From IMG/VR virus record IMGVR_UViG_3300033049_000066, positions 186,001 through 250,000 of that record: a stretch of DNA of 64,000 nt. One strand, written 5' to 3'. Both the position numbers and the translations under genes were made by a program. Every line of letters starts with the position of its first letter. Positions within the stretch are counted from its first letter, which is position 1. The notes under the pieces are model-generated. The model was not told the DNA's origin and did no database searches. It was given only the letters and a program-made list of their open reading frames with translations. This document shows positions 18,483 to 29,400 of this stretch, piece after piece.

Positions 18483-18877
18483 AACCTACGAAAACACAGA
18501 ACGCAGAAATTGTACAAAAAGCACGAGATGCCTTACAGGAGCTCGAACTTGAATATATCATGATACAGCTTAAGGGCACCGAGTGTGATGTTGCTGGCCT
18601 GCCTGCGAATTTTACGGAATTACAATCAATTATATTCAAGAAGCGTGTGGCGGAAATGATCGGCGTACTGAGTTCGTTGCTGAGCAGAGATGAGTCGTAT
18701 ATTACAAAGAAGCGGCTTGCTGCTGTGAGACAAAAATACTTTGTTCTCTATAACAAAAATGTCTCAGCTGGAAGAGCATATAAACATTTTAATGAAAAAC
18801 ACGCCGGGTTTATGGCTGGGCGATTTCTGCTATTTATATTCGACCGTCACGTGTCCGCAGATGATTTTAAGTGTTAG
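18479..18877 (+). CDS. hypothetical protein
   Basis: ATGA overlap. Confidence 0.6.
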   Translation: MKPTKTQNAEIVQKARDALQELELEYIMIQLKGTECDVAGLPANFTELQSIIFKKRVAEMIGVLSSLLSRDESYITKKRLAAVRQKYFVLYNKNVSAGRAYKHFNEKHAGFMAGRFLLFIFDRHVSADDFKC

Positions 18878-19052
18878 ATTGCTTGCAGTCGCTTAGCTCG
18901 AGGCCGCTTAAAATATTAGTCATAGCATCAATCAATGATTTTGTCAGATCACCTTAAATTTAAGATGATAATAAAATGCTTGATCTAAGTGTTTGTAACT
19001 TTTAGCAAGTAACAATAGTATTTAACGTTTCTTGCGGTGATGGGTAATTTTT

Positions 19053-19080
19053 CTGCTCAAAAATAGGGCTTTTGGAGCAG
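19053..19080. terminator. hairpin at the convergence of early (+) and tail (-) transcription
   Basis: CTGCTCAAAA ... TTTTGGAGCAG stem with one bulge; orientation unclear. Confidence 0.4.
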
Positions 19081-19096
19081 ATTTTAGTTCACTAAA

Positions 19097-20764
19097 TTAT
19101 TTTATGTAGCCCTTGACTGTGACGTTTGTGATTGGCGCAACGACGGTCGCTGTTGACTTGTATCCGTAGATTTCAATTTCTCCCGAGCCGTTACATTCCA
19201 CTAGCACCGAACCGGAGCGTACTGATGATTCGCTTGTGCCTGCGGACGCTGTATGCCCTACTTCTGTAACAACCCACTTCGTATCCGCATCTCCCACGAG
19301 CCCTGGTTTTCTTGCGTAGGATGCTACTACCGCGCCACTTGTATCAAAGATGCCGGTTGCATAACCTGACACGAACGCGAATCTTGCGTCTGCGTCGACT
19401 AGGACGGTCGTCCAAGCACCGTTTAATACGGCCTGCACGGTCACGCCGTATGTGGTTGGATCGTCAAACGCTACTACTATGCCATCTACATAATCTTTAC
19501 GTGTGAGGTCATCAATGGCAACAGGGGCTGCAGCAGATGCTGCTACGTTGCCTGCGACTGATACGCCTGTTGCTGTTGTTGCCAGCGTTTGGACGCCGCC
19601 AAAGTATAGAAGGGCTTCCTGCGATGCTCCGCCAAAGCTAGCAGAAATTACACCAGCGGCTTCAATGTCGACTGTTGTGCTTGCTGCTGCTGCGGTAATA
19701 GTTATATCAGCGCCGTTGTTAGTTATTAACAGATCACCATCATTATTGAGTATTGTTGAAGTACCGGCTAAGTGATACATTTGGAGATCGCTGCCGTCAC
19801 CAAAGATAACCTTATCGTTGTCACCAAACGTTAAATTTCCAGAGATGGCGCCGCCAGTACTAGAAACTTTCGTATCAGTGTACGCCATGTTCGCAACATC
19901 TGTACTGGTCAGGGGTGTGTCTACTCTTGCTCTCGCAGACGCACCATCAAGCGTAATAACATCTGTTACTACACCGCCATCATTTACTCGTAGTATTAAA
20001 TCAGTGTCGGATACTAGCGATTCTATATAACTTGTTGTGCCAGTGATACTAATTTGTAAATCACTATCAGCACCTATAATTAAACCTGCGTCATTCAATA
20101 CGCCAAGTGATCCGCTAGTGGTATCGTTCGTATCACTGCGTAAAAATTGTGTGCTATCGAGACTATCAAGTAACTCTGAATTTGTTGCGGTGCCTGCAAA
20201 TACTACATTAGCAATGTCTGTGCTTAAATTATAGCCCGGGTATATTGTCGCAAAGCCGGTTAGTGCCGGGCTTGGCGTAAATGCCGGGTCGGCACTAATT
20301 ATACTCACTAGTGTTCCATCAACGTACTGCTGAGTTACAGTGTGATTGCTTGTTCCATCGCTCAAAACGACTACAGTAGTAGCAACACCGACGAAGCTTG
20401 TGCCGTTGTGTATATTTAATTGCCCAAGGGTAGTATTAAACCACATGTCACCAGTAACGGGGGCTGTTGGTTCAATTGCTTGGGCATCCACGACGCCCAA
20501 TGTTTTAAATAGTGTGCTGTTGAAAACTTTGATTAATCCATTGGATTTATCGTACCATAGCTGACCAGTAAGTGTGCTAAGTGCGCTTGGGGCTACTGTA
20601 TTGGCGCCGTTTTCAAGCAAACGCATATAATTTTCGTTTAAAATCTCGCCCCAGCCTGTAGGGACGTCCCTGCCAACGAGCGTCATGCTGCTGGTGGTGT
20701 TGGTGGTTCCGTCTGCTAAATTAGCAAACAAGGTGCCGTCTGTTAAATTTATTGAATATGGCAT
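19097..20764 (-). CDS. tail fibre / receptor-binding-like protein
   Basis: N-terminal Y.INLT.G..GR..GWGE..NENY.RLLEN domain shared with 21284-22675; beta-rich Thr/Gly/Ala body. Confidence 0.75.
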   Translation of the reverse strand: MPYSINLTDGTLFANLADGTTNTTSSMTLVGRDVPTGWGEILNENYMRLLENGANTVAPSALSTLTGQLWYDKSNGLIKVFNSTLFKTLGVVDAQAIEPTAPVTGDMWFNTTLGQLNIHNGTSFVGVATTVVVLSDGTSNHTVTQQYVDGTLVSIISADPAFTPSPALTGFATIYPGYNLSTDIANVVFAGTATNSELLDSLDSTQFLRSDTNDTTSGSLGVLNDAGLIIGADSDLQISITGTTSYIESLVSDTDLILRVNDGGVVTDVITLDGASARARVDTPLTSTDVANMAYTDTKVSSTGGAISGNLTFGDNDKVIFGDGSDLQMYHLAGTSTILNNDGDLLITNNGADITITAAAASTTVDIEAAGVISASFGGASQEALLYFGGVQTLATTATGVSVAGNVAASAAAPVAIDDLTRKDYVDGIVVAFDDPTTYGVTVQAVLNGAWTTVLVDADARFAFVSGYATGIFDTSGAVVASYARKPGLVGDADTKWVVTEVGHTASAGTSESSVRSGSVLVECNGSGEIEIYGYKSTATVVAPITNVTVKGYIK

Positions 20765-20772
20765 TGTATCTC

Positions 20773-21276
20773 CTAGTAACTTATCACAATTGCGTCAAGC
20801 TCTGCTTCGGTGGTTGCTGCGTTAACTTCTGCCAGGAGTGTATCGCGTGTGACATCCTTAGCGAGGTAATCTGCGCCAAGTGTAAGCAGCACTGTTTTCG
20901 CATCAGCTAAGCTGAGTGGCTGGGTTGCGCCGGTGGAATCTTTAAAATTTACACCTGGTTGTTCCGCTAATACTGACAGGTCATATCCTGTTTTATATTT
21001 TGTCCCGGCAAAATATCCGCCGTTCCAGTCAACTCCCAGCACGGTTAGTGGCGCTGATGTTGCTACAAGAAACGCCTGTTCAACTTCGGACGACTTTTGC
21101 TCTTTGATCTCACTAAAGGTCGGCGGTGTTGGTTCAGCGTCGGGTGCTTCATCGGGCCGAGGCCGTAATGTAACATTGTTATTCTGCTCAGTAATTGCGA
21201 TAATTCCGGGTAATTCTGCGTCTTCAAAAACCCATGAATTATCGTTCTGGTCTAGATAAAATTTCATATTTTTCAT
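20773..21276 (-). CDS. tail fibre assembly protein (DUF4376-like)
   Basis: KEQK..EV, W.D.....L...D, and C-terminal AEVNAATTEAELDAI pattern; lies between two fibre genes. Confidence 0.6.
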   Translation of the reverse strand: MKNMKFYLDQNDNSWVFEDAELPGIIAITEQNNNVTLRPRPDEAPDAEPTPPTFSEIKEQKSSEVEQAFLVATSAPLTVLGVDWNGGYFAGTKYKTGYDLSVLAEQPGVNFKDSTGATQPLSLADAKTVLLTLGADYLAKDVTRDTLLAEVNAATTEAELDAIVISY

Positions 21277-21283
21277 ATTTTTC

Positions 21284-22675
21284 CTATGCTATTCGCTTCC
21301 ATATTTCAACGGTTTCATATAACGGCCTATTTTCAAATGCGACTCCTGAACCCTGCGTCGAAATAACTGTGGGGGTGTTGAAGGAAGTTAACGTATTTCT
21401 AAAGCTAGTGAACCTTGAGTTATTATCGTTTGCTCCGGTTGTAGCGCCTGAGTCGTATGCTTCTATGTAAAGATGTCTATGCGATCCGCCACCATGATTA
21501 TGCGCTGGCATATTGGCGATTGCCAATGTTGTGCTATTTGTTCCGCCCGTAATACCGTTACCTGACGGTGATGACATTAAAAACCGATTTGCTCCTAGCT
21601 GTGTCCACGTTCCGGGTATGGTACCGTTTGGATCCGGTCCAGTAAAGTAACTTCCGACCGCAAATAAATTCCCAAGAACTTGGTTTACAACAAAATCTTC
21701 AAGATAAGCTTGTAATGCGGTATCTTTTGTATCAACGTAACTCATATTCGCAATGTCGGTAGTTGCTGCTGGGGTGTCAACTCGTGCTCTAGCAGTGGCA
21801 CCGTCAATGGTTATAACGTCAGTTGGTACGCCACCATCGTTAACTCGAAGAATTAAATCGCCATTGGATTCAACGTTCCTTAGCACGGCATCTGTACCGC
21901 CTTCAATTAATAGTTGAGCAGTGCTATTAACACCAAATGTTATACCCGAGTCATTTAGTACACCAAGTGAGCCGGTAGTGGAATCATTTGCGGTGGCACT
22001 TAAAAATCCGTCTGTGTCAATTCCGTCAAATAACACTGAGTTAGTCGATGTTCCTTCAAATTTTGGGATACCGCTTCCTAGCAATGTTGATAATTGATAT
22101 CCTGGTTTTATGGTCGAGAAGCCTGCGATTGCAACAGCTGGTGTAAATTCTGCGTCCTTACTTGTTATCCCAACCAATTCATCATTCACCCAATGCTTAA
22201 CCACGACGTGATCAATCGTTACTGTATCTGTAATTGTAACTACTTCAGGTCCTGATTGGCCGTGCCCTTGTGGAGAAAGTGGGCCAGCTAAAATAAATGC
22301 GCCATCTACGCCAAGTGTGCCTTTGTAAACTTTTAATTGTTCTGTGTTACCATCAAGCCATAGATCGCCGGCAACTGGCGCGACTGGTTCAGTTACTGAT
22401 GCTTCAGCACCACTAACTGATTTAAATTCAGCGCCGCTATAAACTTTTAATACCCCAGTTCCTGAATCAAACCATAGCTGGCCAGTTAGTGCAGATCCAG
22501 TAAATGTGTCGTCAGCACTATTTTCAAGTAAGTGAACAAAGTTTTCAGCTGTTAATTCGCCGTAGCCGGTAAAGTTTCTACCAATAAGCGTCAACGCATT
22601 GCTTGTGTTATTTGCTTCGCCATCGTTAACTTGGGCAAAGATGGCGCCGCTTGTTAAGTTTATTGTATATGCCAT
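21284..22675 (-). CDS. baseplate-attached short tail fibre-like protein
   Basis: Paralogous N-terminus; C-terminal TLAIANMPAHNH..ENRPLY..WKR as in gp10/gp12-type tips. Confidence 0.75.
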   Translation of the reverse strand: MAYTINLTSGAIFAQVNDGEANNTSNALTLIGRNFTGYGELTAENFVHLLENSADDTFTGSALTGQLWFDSGTGVLKVYSGAEFKSVSGAEASVTEPVAPVAGDLWLDGNTEQLKVYKGTLGVDGAFILAGPLSPQGHGQSGPEVVTITDTVTIDHVVVKHWVNDELVGITSKDAEFTPAVAIAGFSTIKPGYQLSTLLGSGIPKFEGTSTNSVLFDGIDTDGFLSATANDSTTGSLGVLNDSGITFGVNSTAQLLIEGGTDAVLRNVESNGDLILRVNDGGVPTDVITIDGATARARVDTPAATTDIANMSYVDTKDTALQAYLEDFVVNQVLGNLFAVGSYFTGPDPNGTIPGTWTQLGANRFLMSSPSGNGITGGTNSTTLAIANMPAHNHGGGSHRHLYIEAYDSGATTGANDNNSRFTSFRNTLTSFNTPTVISTQGSGVAFENRPLYETVEIWKRIA

Positions 22676-23277
22676 TATGTAGTACTCAGGTTAGTGAGCG
22701 TCTGAATTCTAACAGTATAATCTATTTGTATCTGCCTGTTCAGCGCCTTTTGTATTGGGTGAAAAACTACATGTGTAATTAATTTTAAATCATTCGCACT
22801 TCCATACCAGCTTTTTAAAGCTAATTCGTCAAATACGTAATCACTATCGAGCTGGGTGCTATTATCAAATGCTTGCTGACCGCTGGGCTCGCCGTAATCA
22901 AGTAAACAACTAACTAATATGTCGGTGTAAACTTTGCCCGATGTGTGAATTACTGTTAAATTGTTTTTTGTAGCATCAGTGTTGAACGTTGAATTGTCGT
23001 CAACTACTTTTGAATATGTTTCATTGTATAAATCGGCATTCTGACTTGTTGAGTTGGCCGGCAAATACGTAATTACACCTGTTGGGTCAACACTGGTTCC
23101 GCCGTTCCCGAATGACATTTGGTAAATTTGACCAAATTCTTTGTTTGCCAATGATTGAGCTAATGCCTCACTAAAATTTTCGTAATGTATTGCATTGAAT
23201 TTGTCTTCAAGAACTTCACCAGTAACTGGATCAAATATTTTAATATGTCCTGTTATTTTTAAATTAGCTGTTGACAT
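22675..23277 (-). CDS. virion structural protein (unknown function)
   Basis: 200-aa ORF inside the tail operon. Confidence 0.75.
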   Translation of the reverse strand: MSTANLKITGHIKIFDPVTGEVLEDKFNAIHYENFSEALAQSLANKEFGQIYQMSFGNGGTSVDPTGVITYLPANSTSQNADLYNETYSKVVDDNSTFNTDATKNNLTVIHTSGKVYTDILVSCLLDYGEPSGQQAFDNSTQLDSDYVFDELALKSWYGSANDLKLITHVVFHPIQKALNRQIQIDYTVRIQTLTNLSTT

Positions 23278-23332
23278 TAGTTTCTCTCTTATTTACTAGT
23301 ACTTCGCCAGATTCTGGATCAAATATTTTAAT
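23226..23332. repeat. 19-nt exact direct repeat
   Basis: CTGGATCAAATATTTTAAT at 23226-23244 and 23314-23332. Confidence 0.9.
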
Positions 23333-23395
23333 GTGTTCATCAATTAATATCGTTCCTGCGTCGTTGGGCGTATCCTTATTTTCTTCTTCACTCAT
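23264..23395 (-). CDS. 43-aa mini-ORF duplicating the N-terminus of the downstream gene (not in ORF track)
   Basis: My translation: MSEEENKDTPNDAGTILIDEHIKIFDPESGEVLVNKRETNVNS; TAAATA 6 nt upstream. Confidence 0.6.
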   Translation of the reverse strand: MSEEENKDTPNDAGTILIDEHIKIFDPESGEVLVNKRETNVNS

Positions 23396-23419
23396 AATTA
23401 CTATTTACCTATTTAAAAT

Positions 23420-26400
23420 CTATGGTTTTATAAACAGTGCTGGCACTGTTGATTGATCTTGTAACGGTACTCCATTACTTGCTGTGATTGCGCCAGAAGC
23501 ATACCATATTTGATCGTAATTCCATGGCACTCGTCCTTTAAGACTGACGTCACCTACAATATCGCCTGCTAGGTGCGCAGTGGCGCCTGTTCCCGCTGTT
23601 CCGCGGCGCAAACCACTAACTGTGTTAGCTAACAAATCTTGCTCGCGGTACGTAATTCTCTCTCCGTTAATTATTATTATGCCGAATTTTGCTGCTGTTA
23701 AATCCGGTGTACCAAGTACACTCGCGTCTGCTACATAGATAATGTCGTCCGACAGTGACAAATCTTGTGTAAGGTACGTTGAGGTTGTAGATGCCATCTT
23801 GTACATGCCGACGGTGTCTCGCATGTCTTTAAATAATCTGAAGGTTGATCCTGCTGTGATCACGTTTTCTGTAATTGACGTTACTACCACCACATCAGTT
23901 ACTGAAATTGTCGGACCGGCAATAACAAGTTGATTATCATTTATAATACTAAAACCGGTGCCTGGGTGTATACGGTTGCCGTTTAGTGTAACCCATAATC
24001 GATCTTGCGCAATAATAATGTCACGGTCTAACGTGAATACGTTCACAGATGCGTTGGCTCCAATGACAAAGTCGAAGTCTTCAGTGTCGAAGCTTGCTGA
24101 GTCAAACGCATTTAGTTCTTCAACGGATGCTATAGTTGGCCCCTGATACACTTGCGTTAAAATGTCCAGCTCCCGGAGGTCGCGGAAGGTGGTTACTGCA
24201 ATCTGATCACTTCCGGTGTACGTGTTGGTGAACAGAATTTCTGTACCACTGTACCAGTATTCGGATGATGTTCTTACGTACACTTCAACGGTATCGCCTG
24301 CGGCTGGCGCAGTGCCTAGGATCACATATCGATCTACACCAAGTGGACCGGTGACATAATCAATGCCGGATGCTAGCAACGTATCGTTAACGTAAACATC
24401 AACTTCGTTGTCTGCTACTGCGTCGCCGCTGTACCCGCCATTCAGTGGGTATAGGAAATTCGTAGTTACACCGTCGGCAGTGGTCCGGGCGGCGCTAGGA
24501 GGACGTAATCGTGACCCGTTAACCTCAACAATAGCGTTATGACGAGACTTACCTGTTACTGAAGTTCCTGGGTCTACTGTTAGGTCACCTGTCCACAGTT
24601 CAACAAGTGGATAGCTTTCTTCAAAGCCACCAGTTGATATCCCAAAGATCGTCACTGTGATGAAATCTGTTGGGCTTGGCGCTGCTGACAACGTAAGAGT
24701 TGACGTTTGATCATCAACTGCTGTTATAGTGACACCAGCATCTTCGACGCCGTTAACAAAGACAAGTGCTTTATTGATTTCAGTGCTGCGCACGTCTACT
24801 GTGAACGCATTTGCAGTGGTATCGCTGCCTCGTAGTGAATTTCTGTATAATTGATTTCCGCCACCTACTTCGTACACAATTATTTTAATATCGTCACCAG
24901 CGGTAATACCGCTAATTATATCAATTTCTTGATCGGCCCAGTCAACTGTGAAATCGAGTGTTTCGTACAGTGTAAGTCCGGTTGTTATATTTGCTACTAT
25001 CACAGTTATCGGGTGAGGTACTGCGTCAGCAAAGGAGAATGATTCTGTGCTTGCGTTCACTGTGTAGGAAAAGCTACTCAGCGCGAAAGCGTGACCATCA
25101 GTAAGATAATCCGAGCCGGGACGAGCGAACACTTTGATGTCAAGTGTATCGTAGATGGCTCCCGGTACCAGCTCTTCCGGCGCGTGAGAATGAAATTCGT
25201 CTACAAAGGCTCCGCCATCTACGTTGATATCTTCAGGCCGGGTTCCGAGATAGGTATCAAGGAATTGACTTTCGTATATTGTGTCAAGCTCTGACTCAGT
25301 TACGCTAAATGTGTCTCCGTCAACTTGGACTCCGGGGAACGAAATACCATTGAACAGAAGTGATAAATCTAGTCCTGGACGATTAACATCCGAAACATAA
25401 AATCCAGTGGTTCTGTCAATGCCGCTAAGTGTTTCGAGTTCAATTTCTACGTACTTAGTTGAAAGGAATGTTGTTGTATCCTCAAATGTAATCATATTAT
25501 AAACTTTATTATTATATCTTACAAAATTTCTTGACTCGCTGTTATTGTTTTCATTTACTATGACTCCGTCAAGTTCGTACCAGCTTGCGATACCTTCTTT
25601 AAGGTACTTTATTTCTATTGCATCTAATCCGTAAGCTGAGTCAGCTGTAATGCTGTGTATGCTACTAATAGCAGAGATGCTATCAACATCCGCCGTTAGC
25701 ACTATTGAATCAGCAGTAAAAATATCCGAGGCTGCGGTTCCTGCTACGATCTCGGTGGATCCATCTGCTGTAAGAATGATAGTATCAGCTGTTGGCGTAA
25801 CGTACGATCTTGTACCATCTTCGGATGTGATATAAGCTACTTCCTCAAACTTAGTCGGATCAAATACTGTGTTATCATCGGTGTCAGTGTACAGGGTGGT
25901 TACTCTAAACAACTTAGGCAATTCAATCACCGAGCCAGTTGGTTCTGGATTCGCGTTAGATATTGACGCGGTTGCTGTAAATGTTGTACCAGCATTGCTA
26001 CTTGTTGCGCCGGCTGCTAAGAAATTTGTGTTTCCTGGGGCAGCGATTTTGTACTCTGCTCCGATGATTAATTCTAGTAGCTGTGGATCAACTGCTGTGG
26101 GGTCGTACTGCACAATGTCTTTTGGTCCGCTATATTTAAATACTAAATTGCGTGTGCTCGTAACGGTGTTTTCTTCGTATTGCGCAACTTTAGACACGTA
26201 CTCATATCTATCATATTTTGCAGTAACTTTGAATGTTCTTACGAGTGCGTTCTCCATGATTGCGGTCGCTGCGGCGTCAACGCCTGTGCTGCCCGTGAAC
26301 GAAATTGTCGGCGGTGTTAAGTAGCCGCTGCCGGGGGTGACCACTACAATCTCACTAATTATACCACCTGGTCCGAGAAGTGCGGTCATAACTGCTGGCG

Positions 26401-29400
26401 ATGTGCTTGCGCCGGTTACTACAACCTCTGGCGCAATTGTGTAGCCGGTTCCTGGATTTGTAACCACTACACTTTTAACGGTTAATTTGTAATTATCGTA
26501 CCATTCACTCCAGGGTGGTGTCTGCCACACTATGTCGTCAGCTGGTTTATTGCTCGGATCGCTTACTAGTACCGCGCCGTCATCTAAAATTGGGCTAATG
26601 TACTGGTCAAACTCGGTACTAAATGTCGACGGACAATCAAAGTCAGTGACAGTACCAGCAATTAGATCAAACCCATCATAACTTAACGAAAAGTCTTTAA
26701 TCTTAGTATGATACGGCTTTGCTTCGCCTAAGTACTGAGTTAAATAATCTTGGTTATCTTTCTGATATACCGCGTACTGTGATAATGAACGTACTTTTTG
26801 TGTTACGTCAATTAAGCTTGTTTTAATTAACCAATCGACATTTGGTTGTTCACCGAGTACATAGTTAAAGATAGATAACATTGTGCGACTACGGTCGGTC
26901 GCTAAATCACTAATTAATAACTCTTCATTAATTGATCGAATAACGTTACGTAATTCAGTTACTGGAGTTGAAATAGTTGTCCATAGTCTCTCATCAAGTT
27001 GAATTGTACCATTTTCCAGCGCCGTTCTAACCCATGCACCGTCGATATATTGATATAGTTCCCAGCTGCCAACACTATTAAACGTTACTTTCGCAACAGC
27101 ATTATTTTCAATTATGCCTAAGGTTGCTAGCTCAGTGAATTCAGTTACTACAAAATCTATTCTCGAAAATGGATCGAATCCTTCTTTGTACCAGTTCACA
27201 GTAGACCAGTATTGCGTAGTGTCGTATTCTTGAACGTCGATTTGCAGTAGTGTCTCAAATGTCAGCGACGCTGTAACTTCGTAAATTGCCCATCTTCCGG
27301 AATTGTTATCATCTGTAGTAACAAGATATTTAAACCCTGTGCCAACTGCTGTGAAATCTTGAAATGATAATTCTGTGGTGGACGCGACTTGTAAGTCCCA
27401 CGCTCCAGTCGATGCGGTCGGTATTGCCTCTTCGCTCTCAAGCATCGGGTATGCTCGTGATTCAGTTATTGTGTTGCTAGCAAGAATGCCATTTACTTTT
27501 TTCAAGTAACTTGCTATTGCGGCGTATCTATCAATAAACATTGTTTGGCGAGGACGGAACTCAACACCGTATCTCTCAGCGGATGTTAACCCGGTGGCCG
27601 GAACAATGTTTCCATCGGTGTCGATGCCTACTAAGCTATCTTGTAATTTCTTATACAATCCGTCGGATAAAAAATCGTTTGGATGATTTTCGCGGAATAA
27701 GTCGTACTCCACAAACACATTATTCTCATTTTTGATCTTAGAATACTCAATGTGGATGATTGTATCTGTGTTATTAATTATATCCTTGCAGTTATAAATT
27801 CCGATTAAATTCGGTGCGACAAATGCCAAGAACGATATGCCGGAACTCTTAGGGGCTTCGATGTACGAAGCTACAGCAGCGGCGCTCAATGTCTTCTCGG
27901 AGTTCACGCTAATTGTCTCAACGTTGCGGACCCAGTAGTAATACACGTTCTGCAATAGACCTGAGCGGTCTATTGTTGATACTGTAACATATTTGTCTTC
28001 TGCTAAAATTGTACCGGTACCGGCATAGTTCGCCGGTAGTGCGGTACTCTCAGTCCACTGATAAATATCTACAGTGCTGCCAGTGAATGTTCTGCCCCAC
28101 ACTTTGCTAGTCTGATGTGCTGTACCTGTTGTGTAGTCTCGGAAGCGTACATTTTTTATATCCCACCACATTTTTCCAACTTGGTCTGCGCTCCATAATA
28201 AACCAGCACTTGCGTTATCATAAACAGTTGGGTCATACGGCGTAATAAAATCAATATTCTGACTTGCTGCTCCTAATATCTTGCCGTTCAGCGGGTCGAT
28301 ATAATCCAGATCGCGAATCACTGACAGTGAATCATTGTTGTACATATATACCGCATTAATTAAGGTAACGTCAACTTGATCGTTTTGTGTATTGGATGCG
28401 ATCCAACTAAGCGTATTTGCTGTATTGTTGAATATAACAACACGACCAATATTCGGCCGCCCGCCGCTTGCTAGTACATCATCTTCATCAGCTGTTGTAA
28501 ATGTTTGATCTGCAGTGACACCGCTGGTTGTCGCAGTGTTTAAATCGTAATTCATTGCCGAGACAACTAGTACGCCATCTATTAAACTAACTGCGCTGCC
28601 AAAGGCATCGCCTGTGTACATATCAGTGTCTAATATTTCTTGTCCGAGCAGTAGCATGTCGGACGTTATATCGCTTCCGGACATTAAATCATACGTATAA
28701 ACTACACCAGTATTCCCAGACGCATCAGTTGTAATAAGTCCGTTGTCTGCTGTAGATGATGTTGTGTCGGCAGAGGTCGAAATGTTATCGCCAATTCCAT
28801 CCGGAGTACCTACTGCTAACTGATCTAATGATAAATCAAGTGCTAACGAATTACCAAAGTGCTGTGCGACAGTGGTTGTAACCGGACTTGTTATTGTTTG
28901 CGCTATCGCGTACGGAGTAAATCCTAATGTTACTAACGAAATATTTGCACCAGCTAAAATATCTAATCTGTTTGGATTCAATCGTACAATTTTATTTGTT
29001 AGTTGGATCGTCAATAATCCATTAGCTTCGCTTGCGTCAATGTTTGGTATTGCGGCGGCATTAATTGCGTCAGCTACTAACAACGATGTTCCTTCGAATG
29101 GCAATGCTACATCAACATTGTTAATGCGAATTGTGCTGTTGGCTGGAATTAACGGATTTGCCACGGTGCTAGTTAGTGTTCCGTATGTTCGTGATTTGTT
29201 TTCAAAGCGTGATACTGTGCCTTGTCCGCTTAGATCTCCGTCGGCACCGACATACAATGAACATTTTGTCTTACAAATTGCTAGTGAATTTGTTGCTGAC
29301 ATGCCCGGCACGGCCAAGTCTTGAATTAGCTTGAACTCCGCTATGTCAACTTCTAAGGAGTCACCAGCTTCGGCTGTTCCAGTGACTATCGTCACTACAT

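Noticed and set aside
19097-22675. Diversity-generating retroelement or invertible tail-fibre cassette
   Set aside because: No reverse transcriptase, no adenine-specific TR/VR pair and no invertase or flanking inverted sites seen
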